Source: Myxococcota bacterium (GTDB lineage Bacteria; Myxococcota_A; UBA9042; PHBI01; JAWLBL01). Taken from it: a DNA stretch of 64,000 bases. Location: positions 183,155 to 247,154 of the forward strand of contig JAWLBL010000011.1 in assembly GCA_041687695.1 (NCBI GenBank), given 5' to 3'. The position numbers and the translations under genes were made by a program. Below, piece after piece: positions 39,057 through 48,802 of the stretch. Positions within the stretch are counted from its first letter, which is position 1. Every line of letters starts with the position of its first letter. The notes below the pieces were generated by a model, which was given only the letters and a program-made list of their open reading frames with translations, was not told the DNA's origin and made no database searches.

Positions 39057-40811
39057 TCAGCCGGGCCGCACCGCCGCCGCGAAGGCCGCCGCCGATCGCG
39101 TGTTGAGCACCTCGGCGGTGCGCACCCCGGCCCGCCGCGCCATGTCGACCGCCCAGTGGAAGGCCGTCAGGCCGGCGGTCGAGTGGGCGTCCGACGACAG
39201 CACCAGCGGGATGTCGCGCGCCCGCGCCTCGCGCACCCAGGGCGGCGCCAGATCGAGGCGGTAGGGGTCGCCGTTGATCTCGATGGCGGCGCGCGACTCG
39301 GCCGCCGCGTCGAGCACCTCGCGCACCCGGCAGGCGATGGGCGGCCGGCGGCCCAGCAGGCGCCCGAGGGCGTGGCCCCAGATCTTGAACAGCGGGTGCC
39401 GCATCGCGCGGACCAGGCGCGCGGTCATCGCGTCCTCGTCCAGCCTGTAGCGCTGGTGGACGCTGGCGATGACGACGTCCAGCCGCTCGAGCACGCGGTC
39501 CGGGTAGTCGAGCGCCCCCTCGCGGGTGATGTCGGCCTCGGTGCCCTTGAGCAGCCCCACCTTCACCCGCGCCTGCACCTCGTCGATGTCGGCCCACTGC
39601 CGCTCGAGCCGCGCCAGATCCAGCCCGCCCGCGTAGTGCGCCGTCGGCGAGTGGTCGGTGATGGTCAGGTACTCCAACCCAAGCGCCTCGGCCGCCCGCG
39701 CCATCGCCTCGACGCCGTCCTTGCCGTCCGACCAGGTCGTGTGACAATGCACCGCGCCGCGCACGTCCTCGCGGGTGACCAGGTCCTGGAAGGAGTCGCC
39801 CGCCAGCGCCGCCTCGACCTCGCCGATGGCCTCGCGCAGCTCGGGCGGGACGAAGGGCAGGCCCAGCCGCGCGTACAGGTCGGGCTCGTCCCGCAGCGCC
39901 AGCGGCCGCCTGGCCCCGCGCTCGAACAGCCCCTCGGCGCTCAGCCGCAGCCCGCGCGCGTCGGCCTGCCGCGCCAGACACTCCAGGTGGCCGGGCGAGC
40001 CGGTGTGGTGGTGCACCGCCGCGACGAACCGCTCGGGCGCGGCGGCGACGACGGTGACCGGGAGGTCGACCGCCCGCCCCTCGTCGAGCCGCACCACGCC
40101 CCGCTCGCCATCGCGCTCGACCACCTGACGCACCTGCGGGAAGGCCTCCAGCCGGTCGAGCACGCGGTGCGGCGCGGGCGCCGAGGCGACCAGCACCAGC
40201 TCCGAGGCCAGCTCGACCCGGCGCCGCACCGACCCGGCGGCCTCGACCCGCGCGTCCGGGACGCCGTCCTCGAGCCACGCGACGAGGCGCTCGGCCAGCC
40301 CCACCGCCTGGTGGAGCAGCAGCTCCGGGGCCCCGGAGGACTCGGGCGCCGCGCGCAGGAACTCGAGCAGCCGCGACTCGAGCTTGGCGGAGAAGCCCGG
40401 CACGGTCCGCACCCGGCCGGCGACACAAGCCGCCTCGAGCGCCTCGCGCGAGGTCACGCCCAGCGCGGCCTCGAGCGCCTCGATGCGCTTGGGCCCCAGC
40501 TCGGGGATGCCCCGCAGCGCCACCCGCCCGGCCGGCACGCGCGCGCGCAGCTCGTCCAGGGTGGTCGAGCGCCCGGTGCGCCACAGCTCGCCCACCACCC
40601 CGGCCAGGCCGTCGCCGATGCCCGGCAGCTCGGTGAGCCGCTCCTCGCGCAGCCGCGCCTCCAACTCGTCGGGGGCCAGCCGCTCCAGCACCCGGGCCCC
40701 GGTCGCGTAGGCCCGCGCGCGGAAGCCGCCTTCGCCGGAGGCCTCGACCAGCTCCGAGATCTGCCGCAGCGCCGCGACGATGGCTGGCTTGTCGACGCCG
40801 GGCGCGCTCAC
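39057..40811 (-). CDS. polX: DNA polymerase X-PHP family protein with non-canonical polymerase active site
   Basis: HhH motifs LPGIG and IPELGPK, AGSVRR, HHTGS and PPELRE. PHP motifs HCHTTWSDG, TDHS and SSDAH. GTG start overlaps upstream stop. Confidence 0.88.
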   Translation of the reverse strand: MSAPGVDKPAIVAALRQISELVEASGEGGFRARAYATGARVLERLAPDELEARLREERLTELPGIGDGLAGVVGELWRTGRSTTLDELRARVPAGRVALRGIPELGPKRIEALEAALGVTSREALEAACVAGRVRTVPGFSAKLESRLLEFLRAAPESSGAPELLLHQAVGLAERLVAWLEDGVPDARVEAAGSVRRRVELASELVLVASAPAPHRVLDRLEAFPQVRQVVERDGERGVVRLDEGRAVDLPVTVVAAAPERFVAAVHHHTGSPGHLECLARQADARGLRLSAEGLFERGARRPLALRDEPDLYARLGLPFVPPELREAIGEVEAALAGDSFQDLVTREDVRGAVHCHTTWSDGKDGVEAMARAAEALGLEYLTITDHSPTAHYAGGLDLARLERQWADIDEVQARVKVGLLKGTEADITREGALDYPDRVLERLDVVIASVHQRYRLDEDAMTARLVRAMRHPLFKIWGHALGRLLGRRPPIACRVREVLDAAAESRAAIEINGDPYRLDLAPPWVREARARDIPLVLSSDAHSTAGLTAFHWAVDMARRAGVRTAEVLNTRSAAAFAAAVRPG

Positions 40812-41155
40812 CGCCGCCGCCCGCTGGGCGCCGGCGGCGGCGCCTCGCAGACCTGCTGCGAGCACACCTCGCCCGGCGCCGCGCAGAGGCCGCAGCTGGC
40901 GTTGCAGCAGCTCAGGCCGGGCGCGCAGATGGAGGGGCCGCAGGCCGTGCCGGGCACGCAGCCGCAGGCGTCCATGCTCCAGGCGTAGCCGGCCACGCAC
41001 AGGCCGCTGATGGCGCAGGCGCCGCGCTCGTCGACCACGCTGGGGGGCGGGGGCTCGGCCGAGCCGCCGGTGAGGCCGGCGCAGCCGGGCGCCAGCGCCA
41101 GCGCCAGCAGCGCGAAAGACAGGATCGGGAGCAGGGAGGCCACCCGGGCGCGCAT
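40808..41155 (-). CDS. Small Cys-rich lipoprotein
   Basis: Lipobox APGC and CGPSICAPGLSCCNASCGLC. Confidence 0.75.
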   Translation of the reverse strand: MRARVASLLPILSFALLALALAPGCAGLTGGSAEPPPPSVVDERGACAISGLCVAGYAWSMDACGCVPGTACGPSICAPGLSCCNASCGLCAAPGEVCSQQVCEAPPPAPSGRRR

Positions 41156-41447
41156 GTCGGACCTCCGGCGCAGCGGGACGGGTCGGGCTCTGTCTGCAGC
41201 AACCCGGCCGCGCGTCGCGGGCTTCCGTCAGGGTCCGACGCGGACGTGCGGGATGGCGAGTACAGGTGCGGCTCGGGGCCGGTGGCGGGCGGCGGCGCGG
41301 GAGCGCGGGCGACGGTGGCGCCACGGCCGGCGAGTCGGCCGACCCGGCGGCGGGAGCCTCGGAGCGGGCGGCCGGCGCGTCGTCGGAGGCGTCCCTGCTC
41401 GTCGCGCGTCGGCGGCGAAGCGGGCAGTGCGTCGGCGTCCGGAAGGG

Positions 41448-43442
41448 TCATGATCGCGGCGAGACCGAATGCGGCGGTTCGTGTGGCGCGTCCGGATCGG
41501 GGGCGATCGGCAGGCTGAAGCTGAACCAGGTCTCCTCGCCGGGTGTGGACTCGACCCAGACGCGGCCGCCGTGGGCCTCGACCAGCGATCGCGTGATGTA
41601 AAGGCCCAGGCCGATGCCCTTGGGAGAGCCGGGGCGCTGGCTGTTGGGCGAGCGGTAGAAGCGCTCGAAGAGCCTGGGGACGACCTCGATCGGGATCCCC
41701 TGGCCGCGGTTGACGACCGAGACGACCAGCTCGTCCCCGCGCCGCCGGGCCTCGACGCGCACCGGGGTCCCCGGCTCGCCGTACTTCATCGCGTTGGTCA
41801 GCAGGTTGGCCAGGACCTGCTCCATCCGATCGGGGTCGACGTCGACCGGCGGCAGGTCCTCGGGCACGCACACGTCGACCCGGCGCCCGGGGACGGGCGC
41901 GCAGCGGCGGGCGAGGGTGTTGCGGACGAGCGCGGCCACGGTCACCCGCTCGGGGTAGATGCTCAGGCGCGCGGCGTCGATGCGCGAAGTGTCGAGGAGG
42001 TCGGCGATCATCCGCTCGAGGGAACGCGCGGAGTCGATGATGGCCTGCAGGGACTCGCGCTCGAATTCGCTCAGGTGGGGGCCGCGCTTGCGCAGGAGGT
42101 ACTCGGACGTGAGGCTGATGGCGCTGACGGGCTGGCGCAGGTCGTGGGCGATGACGCTGGTCCACTCCTCGCGTTGCCGCTCGAGGACCTTCATGGCGGT
42201 GACGTCGTGGAACAGGCCGATGGCGCCGGCGAGGTGCCCCGAGAGGGCGACCGGCGCGGCGCTGGCGAGCAGGGACCGGTGCGTGCCGGCGGCCGTGACC
42301 GCCTCGAGCGCCTCGGGGGCGACGCCGCGGCCGGTCGCGAGGGCGCGCTCGATGGGCCAGTCGTGGAGGGGGAGCCGGGGCCCGCCGGGGCGACGGAGGT
42401 CGAGGTCGGGGTGGGCCTCGGGCGGCGCGGGCTCGGATGGGGCCATGGTCAGGGTGAGGGCGGCGGCGTTGCAGGACCAGTGGCGGCGGCCGTCGCGGCC
42501 GACGCGCACGACGATGATGGGCTCGGGCGTGACCTCGATGACGGTGGAGAGCCAGGCGCTGGCCTCGCGGCGGCGCAGATCCTGGGCGTTGAGGCGGGCG
42601 GCGGCGAGCCAGAGCAGCGCCAGGCCGGCGGCGGTGAAGGCGGCCGAGACGGTGGCGAAGCCGGTCGAGAGGGAGGTCAGGCCGGAGTCGTGGGCCAGCT
42701 GGGCGAGCCAGCCTATGGCGGCGGGGCCGAAGAGGCCGGGCAGCAGGAGCCAGCGGCTGAGGGCGCCGCCGGCCGCCTCGGAGGTGAAGACGCGCGTGAA
42801 CGGGTGGCGGGGGCGCACGGCGAAGCTGCCCAGGGTCAGGAACACGCAGGCGAACGCGGTCGGGATGGACATGCCGGTCGAGAAGATGTGGGGGACGGGG
42901 TAGACGAAGGTGGCGCCGTAGGCGTAGCCGGTCAGGGCGACCAGCCCCACGATGCCCGGGACGGCGAGGCCCACGCCGCCCAGCCGGCGGGTGTGGCGCC
43001 CGCGGCTCTGGGTGCCCAGGTGGCCCAGGCCGAAGGCCAGCAGGGCGAGGACGCTGGCGGGTGAGGCCACGCCCTCCCAGCCCGATTCGTAGGCTGTGGA
43101 CTCCGCGAGGAGGCTGGGGGCGGGGACGTGGAACGCGCCGAGGTATCGGGTGAGCTGCGCGGCGCTGGCGATGGCGACGGTGGCGCCGGCGGCGGTCGAG
43201 AGGAGGCGCCAGGCGCGCCGGGTGGGGAGGGTCGAGAGGACGGCGCTCGCGGCCACGATGAGCAGCAAGGCCGTCGAGAGGACCATGCCGGGGCGGCCGG
43301 GGAACCAGCGGGTCAGGGCGGGGAGCGCCAGGGCGTGGCCGAGCGCGCTCTCGAGGCCGATGAGGGCGGTGGCCGTGGCGAGGGCGACGCCGAGGCGGCG
43401 GCTGGTCGCGTCGAGCCGCGCTTGGGTGGCGTGGTCGGCCAT
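41448..43442 (-). CDS. Membrane sensor histidine kinase with PAS-like domain
   Basis: Multiple TMs, H-box IAHDLRQP, N-box NLLTNAMKY and GIGLGL. Confidence 0.92.
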   Translation of the reverse strand: MADHATQARLDATSRRLGVALATATALIGLESALGHALALPALTRWFPGRPGMVLSTALLLIVAASAVLSTLPTRRAWRLLSTAAGATVAIASAAQLTRYLGAFHVPAPSLLAESTAYESGWEGVASPASVLALLAFGLGHLGTQSRGRHTRRLGGVGLAVPGIVGLVALTGYAYGATFVYPVPHIFSTGMSIPTAFACVFLTLGSFAVRPRHPFTRVFTSEAAGGALSRWLLLPGLFGPAAIGWLAQLAHDSGLTSLSTGFATVSAAFTAAGLALLWLAAARLNAQDLRRREASAWLSTVIEVTPEPIIVVRVGRDGRRHWSCNAAALTLTMAPSEPAPPEAHPDLDLRRPGGPRLPLHDWPIERALATGRGVAPEALEAVTAAGTHRSLLASAAPVALSGHLAGAIGLFHDVTAMKVLERQREEWTSVIAHDLRQPVSAISLTSEYLLRKRGPHLSEFERESLQAIIDSARSLERMIADLLDTSRIDAARLSIYPERVTVAALVRNTLARRCAPVPGRRVDVCVPEDLPPVDVDPDRMEQVLANLLTNAMKYGEPGTPVRVEARRRGDELVVSVVNRGQGIPIEVVPRLFERFYRSPNSQRPGSPKGIGLGLYITRSLVEAHGGRVWVESTPGEETWFSFSLPIAPDPDAPHEPPHSVSPRS

Positions 43443-43796
43443 GCGGCGCTCGGAGGTGGGGCGTTGAGGGGCGCGATGCTCGGCGCGCGCGCGGGGCGCG
43501 GGCGGGCGAGGGGAGCGCAGAGGGGGCAGGGCGCCCGGTCGGCGACGGGGCGTCGGCGCGGGGCGAGCGTGGCACCATCGTGCCTCGGTGCAGGCGCGAG
43601 GTCGAAGCCGCGGCGGGTTTCGGCCGGAGCGTGAAGGCCCGGCGCTTGGGGCGCGGCGAAGGGCCGTGTTATCGATGGGGCAAGCCGAGTCCAGGTCCGC
43701 AACGGCTCGACCGCAGCGCGAGGGCGACAGCCCCGGGCGACGGTGGGTCGCCGCACCGCCGCCGAGGCGTGCGGGCGGCACCTGCTCGGCTCATAG

Positions 43797-44720
43797 TTGC
43801 TGCCCGAGGACGTCTTGCCCCTGGCCCCAAGCACCTGCCGCGCGGCGCGCCTGCTCACCGCCGCGCTGACCCTGACCACGGGGTGCGCGACGAGCCGGAC
43901 GCTGCCGAGCGACCCGCAGCAGCGCACGATCGCCTGGAGCGACGACTGGCGGCGCGTCGGCGCGCTGGAGTACGCGGTCACGCTGGGGTCGGGGACGGTG
44001 GCGGCCTGGGCCGAGCTGGGCGTGGAGCGTCCGGAGATCAGCTGGCGCGGCGGGTGGCTGTTCGACGACTGGATCCAGGACCGCGTGGGGCGTTGGAACC
44101 ACGAGGGCTTCTGGTCCACCGCGAACCGCATCAGCGACATCGGCTTCGTGGGGCTGACCCTGTACCCGCTGGTGGTGGACCCGACCTTCGTGACGCTGCT
44201 GGGGCACGGCGAAAAGGACGTCGCCTGGCAGCAGTGGGTCATCAGCGCGCAGTCCATCGCCCTGTCGGGGCTGGTCGCGACGGCCACGCACGCCTTCATC
44301 GGCCGAGAGCGGCCGTACATGCGCCACTGCGAGGACCCCGAGTGGACCTTCGACCCCGGGTGTGACGACTGGGACGTCGGCGCCAGCTTCATCGCCGGCC
44401 ACACCGCGATGGCCATGGCCGGCGCCGGCCTCATCTGCGCCCACCACGAGCACCTGCCCCTGTACGGCGGCGGCTGGGGCGACGCGCTGGCCTGCGGCAT
44501 CGCCCTGACCTACGCCACGGCCGGCGGCGTGCTGCGCATCATGACCGACAAGCACTACACGTCCGACACGGTCGTCGCGTGGGTGGTGGGGCTCGCGGCC
44601 GGGTACCTGCTGCCGACGCTGGTCTACTACAAGGGCAAGCCGCACGAGCCGCGGCCGTCCCTCGGCGCGTCGGCCGCGGAGACCACGACCACGCTGCCGC
44701 TGGTGTTCGGCGTGTTCTGA
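43797..44720 (+). CDS. PAP2-family membrane phosphatase-like protein
   Basis: GRERP, SFIAGHTA and RIMTDKHYTSD motifs. Confidence 0.85.
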   Translation: MLPEDVLPLAPSTCRAARLLTAALTLTTGCATSRTLPSDPQQRTIAWSDDWRRVGALEYAVTLGSGTVAAWAELGVERPEISWRGGWLFDDWIQDRVGRWNHEGFWSTANRISDIGFVGLTLYPLVVDPTFVTLLGHGEKDVAWQQWVISAQSIALSGLVATATHAFIGRERPYMRHCEDPEWTFDPGCDDWDVGASFIAGHTAMAMAGAGLICAHHEHLPLYGGGWGDALACGIALTYATAGGVLRIMTDKHYTSDTVVAWVVGLAAGYLLPTLVYYKGKPHEPRPSLGASAAETTTTLPLVFGVF

Positions 44721-44730
44721 CGGGGCGGCG

Positions 44731-45093
44731 TCAGCGCGGCGGCGGGATGACCGTGTAGTGGATGGTCATCGCGCGGATGAGGCCGTCGCGGACGAGGTAG
44801 GAGTCGGCGCCGTCCTCGACCCGGGCGCCGTTGTCGGCGACGGCGGTCCACTCGAGGAAGCCGAGCTCGCCGTCGAACATGACGTTGGTGTAGGTCCAGC
44901 GGCCGCCGGGCAGCTGCTCGGCGAGCAGGCGCGCCTTGGCGCGGACGCCGTCGTGGCCGCGGTAGACGCCGTAGGTCGTCAGCAGGACGACGTCGGGGGC
45001 GAAGTTGCGGCCGAGGTCGACCTCGAAGTCCCAGGTCTCGGCCAGCTTCAGGTGATCGTCGAGGACCTCGCGGCCCGGGCGCGCGTTCGGCAT
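44731..45093 (-). CDS. SnoaL-like/NTF2 family protein
   Basis: EVLDDHL, FAPDVVLL, FLEWTA and DGADSYLVRDGLIRAMTIHY motifs. Confidence 0.85.
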   Translation of the reverse strand: MPNARPGREVLDDHLKLAETWDFEVDLGRNFAPDVVLLTTYGVYRGHDGVRAKARLLAEQLPGGRWTYTNVMFDGELGFLEWTAVADNGARVEDGADSYLVRDGLIRAMTIHYTVIPPPR

Positions 45094-45142
45094 GGGTTCG
45101 CCTCCGTCGCCGTGCACTGTACCGGCGAGGCGGCGGCGGGCG

Positions 45143-46213
45143 TCAGGGGGCGGGCGCTTCGGGCGAGTCCTTGCAGCACAGGACGCCGCCCTGGCCGAGG
45201 CCGGTCTTGACGACGTTGAGCGCCTCCTTCTGTCCATCGGAGCCGCAGGACCAGACGTTGTCGAGGTCGGGGTGCTTGCCCAGGTGGTTGCACCAGTCGC
45301 CGCAGTTCTTGTCGTTGCGCAGGCCCTTGCAGAGGTCGTGCGAGGACAGCTGCAGCGGGGCGCACTGGGGGACGCCGCCCATCCAGCAGCCGAGATCGCC
45401 GCAGCCGAACAGATCGTTGGTGCCGCCGCCCGGGGTGCAGGCGAAGGCGCCGGTCGAGGACAGCTGCGTGACGTAGAAGACCGGGGTCGCGGCGCCACCG
45501 TCCATGATGCCCTGGCAGCCCTCGGGGTTGCGCGTCAAGACGTCGTCCTGGCCGTAGCAGACGTGCCAGCCCTCGGCGCAGACGTCGGCGACGTTGCAGC
45601 CCTGGCCGGTCGGGTTGGCGCCGTCGTTGCCGGCCTGGCGGTCACAGGCGGGGAGGTCGTGGTAGACGCCGGGGACGTCCCAGGCGGCCTCGCAGCCGGC
45701 GATGAGGGGGAAGGCGACCAGATCGAGGAAGCCCTCGCGGGTGGCGTCGGAGCAGCCGGCCTGGGTGGCGGTGGGGACGATGGGGCCGGGGTCGGGATCG
45801 GTGGCCGTGTCGGTGGCCGAGGCCGTGTCCGGGTCGGTGGCGGCGTCGGTGGCCGAGGCCGTGTCGGTGGCCGAGGCCGTGTCGGTGGCCGTGGCGGTGT
45901 CGGTGGCCGAGGCCGTGTCCGTGTCTGTGGCCGTGTCCGGGTCGGTGGCGGTGTCGGGGGCCGTGGCCGTGTCCGGGGCCGAGGCCGTGTCGGGGGCCGT
46001 GGTCGTGTCGGTAGCCGAGGCCGTGTCCGGGTCGGTGGCCGTGTCCGGGTCGGTAGCCGTGTCGCTCGCGGAGAGGGCGTCCAGCGCGTCCGTCGCAGCG
46101 AAGCTGACGTCCTTGCTGGCGGCGCCGTCCTCGGCCCCGGCGCCCTCGGTCGCGTCACTGCACCCAACCAACCCAAGCGCCAGCAGCCCGGCCATGAAGC
46201 GATGAGCCCGCAT
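45143..46213 (-). CDS. Cys-rich lipoprotein with Asp/Thr tandem-repeat linker
   Basis: Lipobox LVGC, DTA[T/S] repeats and C-terminal GCSDATREGF...CAEGWHVC...GVLCC. Confidence 0.8.
   Translation of the reverse strand: MRAHRFMAGLLALGLVGCSDATEGAGAEDGAASKDVSFAATDALDALSASDTATDPDTATDPDTASATDTTTAPDTASAPDTATAPDTATDPDTATDTDTASATDTATATDTASATDTASATDAATDPDTASATDTATDPDPGPIVPTATQAGCSDATREGFLDLVAFPLIAGCEAAWDVPGVYHDLPACDRQAGNDGANPTGQGCNVADVCAEGWHVCYGQDDVLTRNPEGCQGIMDGGAATPVFYVTQLSSTGAFACTPGGGTNDLFGCGDLGCWMGGVPQCAPLQLSSHDLCKGLRNDKNCGDWCNHLGKHPDLDNVWSCGSDGQKEALNVVKTGLGQGGVLCCKDSPEAPAP
45795..46065 (-). repeat. In-frame ~18-bp tandem repeat encoding DTA(T/S)xx
   Basis: Recurrent GACACGGCC-based units within the lipoprotein. 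Confidence 0.85.
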
Positions 46214-46404
46214 CCCGTCCCCCTCCGCGAGTGTGGCCCCATTGCATGGGCTGGCCCCCCGCTTGTCAACGCGCCCCGCTCCGATTCGCGTCGGAGCGAC
46301 GCGTCGTGACGGCACGAAGGTGCCGCGACCGCCCCGGCTGCGGTATGAACCCCACCGGGTGGCCGCCGCGCGACCCGCGAACCGTCCTCGAAGGAAGCGC
46401 CGTG

Positions 46405-47331
46405 ATGCCGACGAACGCCCAGCCGCAGGTCACCACCCCCACCGATCGCGAGATCGTCCTCACGCGCGTCTTCGAGGCGCCGCGCGCCCTCGTGTTCGAG
46501 GCCTACACGCGCCCCGAGCTGCTCGCCTACTGGGTCGCCGGCCCGGGCTGGACCCTGGCCGCCTGCGAGGTCGACCTGAAGGTCGGCGGCACCTCGCGCC
46601 TGGTGATGCGCGGGCCGGCCGGCGCCGAGCGCACCGTCCGCGGCCAGCTCCGCGAGGTCGTCCGCCCCGAGCGCCTGGTCACGGCCGAGGTGGTCGACGC
46701 CGCCGACGCCGCCGTCGCCAACGAGCGCGTCGTGACCACGAACTTCGCCGACGCGGGCCCCCACACCCGCGTCCAGACCACGCTGCTCTTCCCCTCCAAG
46801 CAGGCCCGCGACGCCCTGCTCGACTCCGGCGCCCTGGGCGCCCTCAGCGCCAGCCTCGACACGCTCGGCACCCTGCTCGCCGCCGTCGACTCCTTCCCCG
46901 AGGCCGAGCTCGCCCCCGCCCCCGCCGCCCCCGAGGACCCCGCCGAGATCGAGGCCAGCCTCTGCCGCCTCATCGCCGAGCAGCTCGGCGCCCTGTGCGC
47001 CCGCGACCTCGATCGCCTGATGGCCCCCTACGCGCCCGAGGTCGTCGTCTTCACCCACGCGCCCCCCGCCCAGCTCCTCGGCCTCGAGCCCCTCCGCGCC
47101 CACTGGGCCGCCGCCCTCGCCGCCCTCCCCGACGCCCCCAGGCCCGAGGTCCGCGACCTCCGCCTCACCCACTCGGACGACCTCGCCTCCGCCCACTGGC
47201 TCTACCGCGTCGTCGCCCCCACCGCCGCCGACCCCGACCCCGCCTGGACCCGCACCACCGCCACCTTCCGCCGCGTCCTCGGCCGCTGGCGCGTCGTCCA
47301 CGAGCACCGCTCCCCCGCCGCCACCCCGTGA
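46405..47331 (+). CDS. SRPBCC (AHSA1-like) plus SnoaL-like fusion protein
   Basis: DREIVLTRVFEAPRALVFEAYTRPEL at the N-terminus and DLDRLMAPYAPEVV...WRVVHEHRS at the C-terminus. Confidence 0.8.
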   Translation: MPTNAQPQVTTPTDREIVLTRVFEAPRALVFEAYTRPELLAYWVAGPGWTLAACEVDLKVGGTSRLVMRGPAGAERTVRGQLREVVRPERLVTAEVVDAADAAVANERVVTTNFADAGPHTRVQTTLLFPSKQARDALLDSGALGALSASLDTLGTLLAAVDSFPEAELAPAPAAPEDPAEIEASLCRLIAEQLGALCARDLDRLMAPYAPEVVVFTHAPPAQLLGLEPLRAHWAAALAALPDAPRPEVRDLRLTHSDDLASAHWLYRVVAPTAADPDPAWTRTTATFRRVLGRWRVVHEHRSPAATP

Positions 47332-47499
47332 CCGCCGCCGCCCACCGCAGGTCCGCGTCGGCCGCGTCGTCCTCACCCAGTGGCTCGTCGCCCTCGCCTC
47401 GCGGGTGACGGTCCTGCTCTCCGTCGACCCCCGCATCCGCCCCGGCTGACGCAGCGCCCGCACGCCAGCCTGCGCCCACCACCAACGCCCGGCACGGCG

Positions 47500-48630
47500 T
47501 CACGGTCCCGTCGCGCTCGCTGGCCACCTCGGCGCCCTGGGGTGGTCCTCGAGAATCTGCGGCCACCCAGCGCTGAAGCGAAACCCATACCGCAGCACAG
47601 CCTGCTCGAAGGGGGCGAAGCGCAGGTCGACCGTCGCCGCGTCCAGGCAACGCCTCACCGCATCGGTCGCCGCCGGGCCACGAAGCTCGCGGCCCACGAT
47701 CTCGCCGGTGGCGCCGAGGATGGTCACCATCCACTCGGCGTCGAGCCCCTCGAGGCACGGCCGGGTGGCCTCGACCCACGCCATGGTGGGCCTGGGACGC
47801 CGCGGCCCCAGCCCGGCCAGCTCGTCCTTCATCAGAGCGCGCTTCCTCAGGTCGGGCAGCCCATGGCGCCGCAGCAGGCCCGCCCACGGCCGCACGACCC
47901 CGTCGACCCGCACCTGCCCTCGCGCCACCTCGCGCCAGTCCTCGGTCAGCCCTGGCGTCAGCTCGAACGCCACCTCGCGCCCGCGGCCGTCGCAGTGCAG
48001 CACGACCGTGTCACCGCGTCGGGTCCCCGCGTAGCAGAGCGCCTCCGTGCCGCCCACCCGATCGACCACCCGCAGCTCGGTCGGCTGCAGCTTCATTTCG
48101 AAGTCGGGCCCGGTCACGGTCCCGCGCAGCCCCCCGAGGACCTCGGGCATGCGCCTCAGGTCGCCGCGCCGGCTCACCCACAGCCCCGCGCGCCCACCCT
48201 CGACGCCCCGCGCTCTCAGCCTCCGGCGGTCGACGCCAGCCTCCACCAAGGCCCGCACCACCGCTTCGGCCTGTCGCTCGGCCCGATACAGGCTGTCGGC
48301 GTCCGCCCCGAACGCGATCGTGACCTCCGTCACGGCAGGCCGCTGGGTCATCACCTCGGCCGCCCACGCGAACAGCGCCTGCCGCGCCCATCCGGGCAGC
48401 CCCTCCGAGGCCGCGACCAACGCATCCAGCACCCGCCCCTCGTGGTCGGGGCACCCGTCGCCGTCCTCGAAGCCGTTCCGGGTCTCCGCTTCGTCCGGAC
48501 ACAGGTCCCACGGCGCCTCGACCCCGTCGCCGTCCGGGTCGACTGCGGCGCGGCCAGTCGAGGTGGAAGCCGCCGCCAGCACCAACCCGGCCGCGACGGC
48601 CGCGCCCACCTTTCGCCATCGCCGACCCAT
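47500..48630 (-). CDS. Exported protein with TSP3-like repeat, degenerate OmpA-like region and AgmX/PglI-like C-terminus
   Basis: DPDGDGV..DLCPDEAETRNGFEDGDGCPD, AERQAEAVVRALVEAGVDRRRL and VRRCLDAATVDLRF..LRYGFRF. Confidence 0.55.
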   Translation of the reverse strand: MGRRWRKVGAAVAAGLVLAAASTSTGRAAVDPDGDGVEAPWDLCPDEAETRNGFEDGDGCPDHEGRVLDALVAASEGLPGWARQALFAWAAEVMTQRPAVTEVTIAFGADADSLYRAERQAEAVVRALVEAGVDRRRLRARGVEGGRAGLWVSRRGDLRRMPEVLGGLRGTVTGPDFEMKLQPTELRVVDRVGGTEALCYAGTRRGDTVVLHCDGRGREVAFELTPGLTEDWREVARGQVRVDGVVRPWAGLLRRHGLPDLRKRALMKDELAGLGPRRPRPTMAWVEATRPCLEGLDAEWMVTILGATGEIVGRELRGPAATDAVRRCLDAATVDLRFAPFEQAVLRYGFRFSAGWPQILEDHPRAPRWPASATGP

Positions 48631-48802
48631 GCGCCAGCCCCCCTCCTCGTGCCCCGGCCACGGCAGACGCCACGGGCGCGCGCAAGTTCCCTGCGGGCCC
48701 GGTCACGCGATCCCGTCGGGCTCCGCACCAGGCCTAGGGCGCTGGACGCCGCCCGGGGCCTGGCGTAGGGTCGGGCCCGTCTGCCTCGGCCCGGGAGCCT
48801 GC

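Noticed and set aside
41448..43442. Orphan histidine kinase as a novel feature
   Set aside because: Orphan kinases are common in such genomes and the motifs are canonical
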